34,058 nucleotides of DNA from IMG/VR virus record IMGVR_UViG_3300032320_002496, positions 1 to 34,058 of that record. One strand, written 5' to 3'. This DNA comes from a virus (taxonomy: Duplodnaviria; Caudoviricetes). Below the pieces are notes generated by a model that saw nothing but the letters and a program-made list of their open reading frames with translations, made no database searches and had not been told where the DNA came from. The translations under genes were made by a program, and so were the position numbers. This document shows, piece by piece, positions 27,029 through 34,058 of the stretch; the stretch's first letter is position 1, and the number at the start of each line of letters is the position of its first letter.

Positions 27029-27550
27029 ATGCCATGTGTAATTACTAGCGGATATACAATAGATTGCCGCGAAAACATAGGAGGCCTACAAGCCGTTTTT
27101 TTAGCCGAGTTCGGTAATATTAGCGCAGTAGCAGAGGTAAGCGGTTTAGTTACCGGCATTACTAAAGTAGTAGGTAAAAGATTTTACAAGTTTGAGGTGC
27201 CACGTGCAACCGCAAATACAAGTTCTAACGCAACCGCTTCCGAAGAGAATGGATCAGTATTCTATACTCATTCAGTAGTTTTCCCTTTAAACAAAAGAGA
27301 TTCTACAACTGCAAACATTGTACGTACTTTAGCTAAAAATAAGCTAATTGCGGTTACTTTAGATATGGATGGCGTTTATAGAATGTACGGCGAGAATAAC
27401 GGGCTTTACTTAGCCTCTACTGAGTCAACAAGTGGTACCGCTGCGGGAGATCGTAACGGATACAATATTACTTTAACCGGTATTGAAAAGGATGACTTTT
27501 TACAAGTAAGCGCTAGTGTAGGTGCTGCGCTTGAGACTGCTGGAGTGTAA
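27029..27550 (+). CDS. Probable major tail (tube) protein
   Basis: C-x9-C...GG N-terminus, ENGSVFY, SGTAAGDRNGY; has its own terminator. Confidence 0.6.
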   Translation: MPCVITSGYTIDCRENIGGLQAVFLAEFGNISAVAEVSGLVTGITKVVGKRFYKFEVPRATANTSSNATASEENGSVFYTHSVVFPLNKRDSTTANIVRTLAKNKLIAVTLDMDGVYRMYGENNGLYLASTESTSGTAAGDRNGYNITLTGIEKDDFLQVSASVGAALETAGV

Positions 27551-27576
27551 TTCTACCTAAGTAGTTATTTAATTAT

Positions 27577-27608
27577 GCCCTACCTACATTGTGTGGGTAG
27601 GGTTTTTT
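27577..27608 (+). terminator. Rho-independent terminator
   Basis: GCCCTACCTACA-TTG-TGTGGGTAGGGT followed by a T run. Confidence 0.8.
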
Positions 27609-27620
27609 AATTTAAAACAA

Positions 27621-27992
27621 ATGTTACATATTTATAAAGGAGTGGACAATAACTTAATATTTACTGGTTTAGAATTGGCAACAATTTCTAACCCTAAATA
27701 TTTGTTTATTTTTACTAGTGCTACCGAAGATAGTGTTATATTTGTAGGAACTAATATAAGCACCGAGGATAGATACCAAAAAGTACTTGTATTAAAGTCG
27801 GTTTTTAAGAATGAAGAGTGTGGCACTTGGCGTTATAAGATTAGAGAGCAAGCAAGTGCTACTAATAAAAAAGAGGCCTTAAGTGGCGCGATAGTAGAAG
27901 AGGGCTTTATGTATTTACACCAAGCCGAAGAGTGTGAAGACGCTCAATACGATGAACAATGTAACGAATTTAAAACCTATTCAAGTGAGTAA
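27621..27992 (+). CDS. Hypothetical structural protein (probable start MLHIYK)
   Basis: ATG at 27621 after the terminator. Confidence 0.65.
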   Translation: MLHIYKGVDNNLIFTGLELATISNPKYLFIFTSATEDSVIFVGTNISTEDRYQKVLVLKSVFKNEECGTWRYKIREQASATNKKEALSGAIVEEGFMYLHQAEECEDAQYDEQCNEFKTYSSE

Positions 27993-29964
27993 AGCATATA
28001 ACATAATTAATGTACAATTTGACCAAGCGCAGCAACCTAGATTTGAAGAGAAAAGGGGCCGCAATTATATAGAATTTGGAGAAAAAAACAACTATCCAAA
28101 TTACTTAATAGACCTTTATGGCGAAAGCCCTAAGCATGGCGCTATTATTAAAGGTAAAGTTAACTATATTTTTGGCAAAGGTTTTGAGGATATAACGCAA
28201 AAAGCTAACACCCGTGGCGAAACATGGAACCAAATTTTAAAGCGTTCTATTTTAGATGATGAATTACAAGGCGGTTATTACTTACAAATTATTTATAATG
28301 CGTTAGGTAAGATTAAAGACGTATTTCATATTGAGTTCCAAAAGGTAAGAGCAAGTAAAGACTTAAGTTGTTTTTATGTTAAAAACGATTGGAGCCTAAG
28401 CGATTTTAAAGAAAAGCCTAGAGAATATCCGGCTTTTAACATTAATGATCCTAGAGGTACGCAAATACTTTTTGTTAAGCAGTATAACCCTAAAAGTGAC
28501 GTTTACCCATTACCAAGTTATTTTCAAGGTCTTAACTACATTGAAAGTGATATTCAAGTAAGTAGACACATTTTAGGTAATGCTAAGCATAACTTTGTCG
28601 CTACTAAGTTAATTAATTTCAATAACGGATTACCTCAAGAAGAGGAACAAGCTGACGTTGAAATGGATTTAAAAAAGAAGTTTACTAATCACGATGGCGA
28701 CCGCGTAGTTATAGCATTTAACCCTAGCAGAGAAAATGCAGTAGACATTGTAAGCTTAGGCGAAACAAGTTTAACAAAAGAAGATTTTACGAACGTAAAT
28801 AATTTAATACAACAAGAAATATTTAGTTGTCATCAAGTTACAAGTCCGATGTTATTTGGTATTAAGACCGAAGGACAATTGGGAGGCCGTAGCGAGATAA
28901 GAGACGCTTACCAAATATTTGCTAACACCTATGTAAACGAGCGCCAACAAGAACACGAAGTTACATTTACTAAACTTATGAATTTAGCCGGTATTCCTGG
29001 CGATCATTATATTATCCCGGTTGAGCCGTTAAGCTTTGAATTTAGCGAAGCTATTATGAGCGCTAATATGACACGTGATGAAATTAGAGAAAAATTAGGC
29101 TTAAAAAGTGAAATGCCAACGGATGCTAGCGGTACACCATTAGCACAACCAGTGCAAGCAAACGCAACGCTTACCAACTTAAGTGGGCGTCAGCACCAGA
29201 ACGTTATGCGTATCGTGCGTCAATTTGCAAATGGTAAGATAAATAAAGCGCAAGCTACTTTAATGTTAAAGAATGGTTTTGGATTTACCGATGACGATGT
29301 AAATACTTTCTTAGGTGTTGATGAAGATCCTGGAACGGAGCAAGCGTTTACATCAATGCAAGACGAATTGTTATTAAGTGAGTTTGCAGCGTGCGGAGAT
29401 AATGTTAATGATTTTGAGGTATTAGAAACCCACGAAGCTAAAAACTACGAAAAGTTTGCCGACGAAGAGATTAACGTACTTAAAGCAAACGTGCTAGATT
29501 TGATAAGTAAAGACAAAAGAGTTACGCCGGAAGTCATGGCCAAGGTGCTAAATAAAAGCGTTGAGCAAATAGATAATGCTTTAGAGGCGCTAAAGCTTGA
29601 GGGGTACTTAGTTCAAACCGGTCTTGAAGTAAGTATTTTAGCCCCAAATTACACACCGGTAGTAAGAAAGTTAACCGAGCCACTTAAAAAGATTCCTGGC
29701 GGCGACAAAGCCACTAAGACCGAAGTACTCTTAAGATATACTTACTATGGGCCGAGGGATAGTAAGAACAGACCATTTTGCGCTCGTATGTTAGAACTTG
29801 CCGAGACTAAGCTTTGGAGCCGTTCGGACATAGAAAATATAAGCGAGCGTTTAGGTTACTCTGTTTGGGATAGAAGAGGCGGATGGTTTACAGAGCCTAA
29901 CGGCAACCATCGACCATATTGCCGTCATCGTTGGAATGTAAAAATAGTAACTAGAAAAAAATAA
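27985..29964 (+). CDS. Portal protein with C-terminal wHTH and MuF/minor-capsid-like extension
   Basis: FGEKNNYP, SPKHGAII, YPLPSY, HQVTSPMLFGI motifs; C-terminal RPFC...HRPYCRHRW; likely GTG start at 27985. Confidence 0.85.
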   Translation: MSKAYNIINVQFDQAQQPRFEEKRGRNYIEFGEKNNYPNYLIDLYGESPKHGAIIKGKVNYIFGKGFEDITQKANTRGETWNQILKRSILDDELQGGYYLQIIYNALGKIKDVFHIEFQKVRASKDLSCFYVKNDWSLSDFKEKPREYPAFNINDPRGTQILFVKQYNPKSDVYPLPSYFQGLNYIESDIQVSRHILGNAKHNFVATKLINFNNGLPQEEEQADVEMDLKKKFTNHDGDRVVIAFNPSRENAVDIVSLGETSLTKEDFTNVNNLIQQEIFSCHQVTSPMLFGIKTEGQLGGRSEIRDAYQIFANTYVNERQQEHEVTFTKLMNLAGIPGDHYIIPVEPLSFEFSEAIMSANMTRDEIREKLGLKSEMPTDASGTPLAQPVQANATLTNLSGRQHQNVMRIVRQFANGKINKAQATLMLKNGFGFTDDDVNTFLGVDEDPGTEQAFTSMQDELLLSEFAACGDNVNDFEVLETHEAKNYEKFADEEINVLKANVLDLISKDKRVTPEVMAKVLNKSVEQIDNALEALKLEGYLVQTGLEVSILAPNYTPVVRKLTEPLKKIPGGDKATKTEVLLRYTYYGPRDSKNRPFCARMLELAETKLWSRSDIENISERLGYSVWDRRGGWFTEPNGNHRPYCRHRWNVKIVTRKK

Positions 29965-29967
29965 GCA

Positions 29968-30558
29968 ATGAGTTTAAACATACTTTTTATAAACGAGACT
30001 TTAATTAAGAGTCGCACCGCGATAAGCGATGCAATAGATGGCAAGCAAATAAAGCCCGTTATTAAGTTAGCACAAGATAAATATATTATGCCGGCGCTTG
30101 GTAGCACCTTTTACAAAAGATTACAAGACGGCATTGAAATAGGGAACTTAAGCCAAGATGAAAAGAACTTGCTTGATAATTATATTACAGATGCGCTTTG
30201 TTGGTTTACTATTGGTGAAATGGTAATAAGCACAAGCTTTCAATTTTTTAGCAAGGGCGTATTACAAAAGACTTCCGAAGATAGCAGTTCACCAAGTAAG
30301 GGCCAATTAGATTTATTAGAGCGTAAGTATATGAGTAATGGCGAATTTTATAAGCAAAGACTTATAGATTACCTAAGAGAAAATAGGACAATGTTTAAAG
30401 AGTATCTTACTTATGGTGGAGGTTACGATGTAATTGCTCCGCAGATACAAGCTTATACTTCGCCTATTTATTTAGGTAGAACAAATAGCAGACGCAAAAT
30501 CAGTAACCTAGATTTGCCATATAATTTTAACTACCCTTATGAAGATACGCAGCTATAA
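29968..30558 (+). CDS. Head-tail connector/adaptor-like protein
   Basis: Follows the portal; AQDKYIMPALGSTFY motif; helical. Confidence 0.55.
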   Translation: MSLNILFINETLIKSRTAISDAIDGKQIKPVIKLAQDKYIMPALGSTFYKRLQDGIEIGNLSQDEKNLLDNYITDALCWFTIGEMVISTSFQFFSKGVLQKTSEDSSSPSKGQLDLLERKYMSNGEFYKQRLIDYLRENRTMFKEYLTYGGGYDVIAPQIQAYTSPIYLGRTNSRRKISNLDLPYNFNYPYEDTQL

Positions 30559-30593
30559 ACGCGAGTTCTTAGATAAAGTAAAACAAAAATTTA

Positions 30594-31031
30594 ATGACTT
30601 ACAACCAAGTAATAAAGACCATAAAATCGATACTAAGCACCCATGCAATGATAAAGAGCATAAAGGGTGCGACACCGCGCGAGTGGCTTTACGAAGATAG
30701 TCAACCGGTTTTCCCGGTTGCTTGCTATGCGGTTAATACCGGTAGTTTAAACGTAGGCCGTGAGCAAGTGTTTAACTTAACGCTTTGGTTCTTAGATAAG
30801 TCCGGCATGGAGCGAGAATTTGAAGACGATGTAAGTAGCGATCAGTTGCAAATATGCGCGGACATTATTAGCAAGCTACGCAACGGCGCAAACAATTGGA
30901 CAATAAGCGACAATATAACATATAATTTAATAAGCGATAAATTTGAAGATTATTTAGCCGGTGTTGAAGTTAGCTTCGACATGACTACTTTTTCGGATTT
31001 TGATGCTTGCGATATACCATTAAACCCTTAA
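30594..31031 (+). CDS. Tail terminator-like protein
   Basis: Acidic 145 aa; DKFEDYLAGV...CDIP; context. Confidence 0.5.
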   Translation: MTYNQVIKTIKSILSTHAMIKSIKGATPREWLYEDSQPVFPVACYAVNTGSLNVGREQVFNLTLWFLDKSGMEREFEDDVSSDQLQICADIISKLRNGANNWTISDNITYNLISDKFEDYLAGVEVSFDMTTFSDFDACDIPLNP

Positions 31032-31034
31032 AAA

Positions 31035-31406
31035 ATGAGTTGCAATAATAGCACTACGGCTGATTTAAGACCAGCACAATACAACGTAAAGATATGGCGA
31101 AATGATAGTTGGAGCCAAGTATTTGCAATACTTGCAGATACTACACCAGTAGACTTAAGCGGTTGTACTATCTTAGTGCAAGTAAGACCTACGCCAGCAA
31201 GTACAAGTGTTGTGTTAACATTAACTACCGCTAATAGTAGTATAAGCATAGGCGGTGTAAATAGAAACCAAATAACTTTAAATAAAATAGTAGACGTTGC
31301 GGCTGGATCATACGTTTATGATATGAATGTAACCTTTCCAAGCGGAGAAGTCAAGACATATATTTGGGGTAACTTTATTGTTCAAGAAGATATAAGCCGA
31401 TTATAA
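31035..31406 (+). CDS. BppU-like baseplate/fibre adaptor
   Basis: PVDLSG...YVYDM...G motif; directly before the fibre gene. Confidence 0.55.
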   Translation: MSCNNSTTADLRPAQYNVKIWRNDSWSQVFAILADTTPVDLSGCTILVQVRPTPASTSVVLTLTTANSSISIGGVNRNQITLNKIVDVAAGSYVYDMNVTFPSGEVKTYIWGNFIVQEDISRL

Positions 31407-33832
31407 TGGAAATAATAGAAGTAAACGTAACCGAAGAGGTTATAAACATAGTTACCGAAATGGGTGCTTATCCGTTGCCTACTAATGTTATTAGTGTATT
31501 TGGTAGAAGCGGTGTGGTAGTTGCTGCAAATGGAGATTATACTACAACGCAAGTAACGGAAGGAACTAATCTTTACTATACCGAGGCTAGAGTTAACGCT
31601 AATACAAACGTAGCGGCTAATACGGCGGCAAGGCATAACGCGGTTACAATAGGCACGGCAAATGGTTTAAGCTTAAGCACGCAAGCTTTAAGCTTAGCGG
31701 CGGCAAGTACAAGCACAACTGGTGCGCTTACTAGCACCGATTGGAATACTTTTAATGGCAAGCAAGCGGCGCTTAACGGCACGGGATTTGTAAAGATTAG
31801 CGGTACTACAATAAGCTATGATAATACAAGTTACTTACCTTTAGGTGGTGGAACATTAACCGGAGGAGTAAGTGGTACTACTGCTACTTTTAGCGGTATC
31901 TTAACTACGCCTCAAGTAAAAGCTGCAACAAGTGCGGGACTAAGTATTAACGCTAATAGCGGTACTCAAGTAGCAGATTTTGGAGCCGGAGGTAGTGCTA
32001 ATATAACTTTCTTTGGAGGTTTAAGTGGTACTAGTGCAAGTTTTTCTAGTAGTATTACTGGAAATACAATAGTTAAAAGTGGTGGTACTGCTGCACAAAT
32101 ACTTGCTGCGGATGGATCAGTAATAACGGCTGGTACAAACATAACCATAAGTGGTGGTACAATTTCATCAGCTGCTGGAATGGCTATCGGTGGTAGTATT
32201 ACAAGTGCAACGGCCGGAAGTGTTTTATTTGCGGGTACAAGTGGAGTGCTTGCTCAAGACAATGCTAACTTCTTTTGGGATGACACTAATGATAGATTAG
32301 GATTAGGGACTGTATCACCTAATTCAAGATTACATATTTCGGGTTCTACAACTGCTGCAAGTGCTATTGCTCGTGGTGCAAACCTTACTTCTACTTTAGT
32401 AGCTGCTGCAAATAGTGATGTATTAGTTGGATTAGATATTACACCAACTTTTACTAATGGAGCATTTACGGGAGTTGCAAACTATGGATTAAGGCTTTCA
32501 AATAGTCAAGCATTTTTTGGTGGTAGTGGTGGTACTGCAATATTAATTCAAAGTAGCACTGCTATAAGAACAGTTGCAGCAACAAATGGAACTATGTATA
32601 TTGATTCTTCAGCAGATCTAACTGGCAATTTATTTTTAAGAGCAACTACTTTAAATTTTCCAAGTGGAACTGCATCATCAAGTGCATTTAATATTAGCCC
32701 AATTGCAACCTTTTCTAATGTGGTTAACTTTAATAGTATTGGTGGTATTGCTTCTTTTAGATTAGTTAATACAACTTCATCGGCAACGTGGTATTTTGAA
32801 AATAATAGAAATGCTCCTTCTGGTTCTTTAGAAATTAGTAATAGTTTATCTAATCCAACAATAACTGCATTTAGTACACGAAATGTTGCTATAAATTCTA
32901 ACACTGACTCGGGCTTTCGTTTAGATGTCAATGGTACTGCAAGGGTTAGTGGTCAATTAACTGCTAATAGCTTTGTGCCTACATCAAGCACAATACCTAC
33001 TAATGGAATGTATTTAAGTGGTACAAACACACTTGGATTCGCTACTAATGGTACACTTGATATGGTGCTTGATGCTAATGGTGCTTTAGGTATTGGAGTA
33101 ACCAATATGTCATCTTATAATGGAGGTGGTAATCAATTTGTAATTGGTGGCGGTGGTTTTAGAGGATTAACTATTGCTGGTACAACAGAAGGAAACATTT
33201 ATTTTGCTGATGGCACTTCAGGTGCAGATACTTATCGTGGAGTAGTTGGATATAATCACACAACAAATTATTTATTTTTCTTTTCAGATGCAACTGAACG
33301 TATGCGTTTATTTTCAACAGGTAATCTTGGAATAAACACAACCACAGACGCAGGCTTCCGTCTTGATGTCAATGGTACTGCAAGGGTGCAAGGTGATGTA
33401 TCATTATCTTATGCTGCTCCAAGATTAGCAATGACTGCTACAACAAGTACAAATGCTACATATATGACTTTTACTAATAGTAATGGTATTGCATATGTAG
33501 GAAGTGACAATTCAACAGGAAGTTTATTTAATGGTGAAGCATATGCTTTTAATATAGCAATAGGCGGAACTAAGTCAATATTTCTTTCAACACAAAATTC
33601 TACTTTTAAAGTTTCAGGTTCAAATTCTTGTGTGACTATTGGAAGTAATACAGATATATTATCCGCAGCATTAAATGTTGTATCTACTACCAAAGGCTTC
33701 TTACCACCAAGAATGACAACAAGCGAAAAGAATGCAATATTTTCTCCTGCAACAGGGTTGGTAGTATTTGATACAACATTAGGTAAACTTTGCGTATTTG
33801 CAACAACTTGGCAAACAATTTCATCAACATAA
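31406..33832 (+). CDS. Tail fibre / receptor-binding protein
   Basis: G/S/T-rich; SVFGRSG, EGTNLYYT, repeated RLDVNGTARV, terminal KGFLPPRMT...GLVVFDT. Confidence 0.85.
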   Translation: MEIIEVNVTEEVINIVTEMGAYPLPTNVISVFGRSGVVVAANGDYTTTQVTEGTNLYYTEARVNANTNVAANTAARHNAVTIGTANGLSLSTQALSLAAASTSTTGALTSTDWNTFNGKQAALNGTGFVKISGTTISYDNTSYLPLGGGTLTGGVSGTTATFSGILTTPQVKAATSAGLSINANSGTQVADFGAGGSANITFFGGLSGTSASFSSSITGNTIVKSGGTAAQILAADGSVITAGTNITISGGTISSAAGMAIGGSITSATAGSVLFAGTSGVLAQDNANFFWDDTNDRLGLGTVSPNSRLHISGSTTAASAIARGANLTSTLVAAANSDVLVGLDITPTFTNGAFTGVANYGLRLSNSQAFFGGSGGTAILIQSSTAIRTVAATNGTMYIDSSADLTGNLFLRATTLNFPSGTASSSAFNISPIATFSNVVNFNSIGGIASFRLVNTTSSATWYFENNRNAPSGSLEISNSLSNPTITAFSTRNVAINSNTDSGFRLDVNGTARVSGQLTANSFVPTSSTIPTNGMYLSGTNTLGFATNGTLDMVLDANGALGIGVTNMSSYNGGGNQFVIGGGGFRGLTIAGTTEGNIYFADGTSGADTYRGVVGYNHTTNYLFFFSDATERMRLFSTGNLGINTTTDAGFRLDVNGTARVQGDVSLSYAAPRLAMTATTSTNATYMTFTNSNGIAYVGSDNSTGSLFNGEAYAFNIAIGGTKSIFLSTQNSTFKVSGSNSCVTIGSNTDILSAALNVVSTTKGFLPPRMTTSEKNAIFSPATGLVVFDTTLGKLCVFATTWQTISST

Positions 33833-33845
33833 AAATAAAATAAAA

Positions 33846-34058
33846 ATGAAACAAATCTCTCCTGTGGTATTCCCACTAAACTTAGGAACGGCAGTAATAC
33901 TTAATGCATACTGCATCAATGACAATTTAAGCACATCAGCTACATTCTACTATGCACTTTTAAGTGAGACTCAAAGTCAATTACAACAAGGTAATCTAAC
34001 TATGACAGGTCAAGATTATGCTCTTTGGGTAACAAATGATTATGCTTACAATTGGGTA
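33846..34058 (+). CDS. Fibre-associated hypothetical protein (89 aa), continues across the junction to stop at 175-177
   Basis: MKQISPVVFPLNLG...WVATQIDVTIVGDYVEVVEN reads through the terminal overlap. Confidence 0.75.
   Translation, partial: MKQISPVVFPLNLGTAVILNAYCINDNLSTSATFYYALLSETQSQLQQGNLTMTGQDYALWVTNDYAYNWV
33939..34058. repeat. Direct terminal repeat, right copy
   Basis: Identical to 1-120. Confidence 0.95.

Noticed and set aside
32900-33400. Diversity-generating retroelement template/variable repeat
   Set aside because: The repeat is short, mismatches are not adenine-specific, and there is no reverse transcriptase gene
1-34058. Alternative genetic code, tRNA genes, integrase or attachment site
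   Set aside because: Genes are intact and densely packed under the standard code; no cloverleaf or recombinase motifs were seen by eye

Overview
This window looks like a complete, circularly assembled tailed-phage genome. Bases 1-120 are identical to 33939-34058, giving a unit length of 33,938 bp. The host is probably a Bacteroidota bacterium, based on TAnnTTTG -7 promoter elements and A-rich starts lacking Shine-Dalgarno sites. I saw no integrase, DNA polymerase, tRNA or CRISPR array. The modules are: lysis (holin-like genes, a unimolecular-spanin-like lipoprotein, an M15 endolysin); a leftward early/replication block (SF2 helicase, DUF3310, exonuclease, PD-(D/E)XK nuclease, SSB-like); a rightward block (C5 DNA methyltransferase, VRR-NUC, primase-helicase, putative origin, sigma-like regulator); a glycosyltransferase/acetyltransferase cassette; and terminase, tail, head, portal and tail fibre genes. 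Four observations stand out. (1) A tail protein ends in a ~470-aa mucin-like Thr-rich/Cys-module extension, and the next gene is a GT-A enzyme resembling peptide O-glycosyltransferases. With the GT4/GT2/acetyltransferase cassette, this suggests a phage-encoded virion O-glycosylation system. (2) An EcoHK31I-like methyltransferase is encoded in two overlapping frames (alpha/beta), and both frames cross one poly-G tract that currently scrambles them. (3) CAGG/CCTG appears to be avoided genome-wide except inside CCWGG, and this avoidance is absent from the distal tail-fibre segment. (4) There is an unannotated -1 programmed frameshift in a probable tail assembly chaperone. All family calls come from motif recognition by eye, not database searches.
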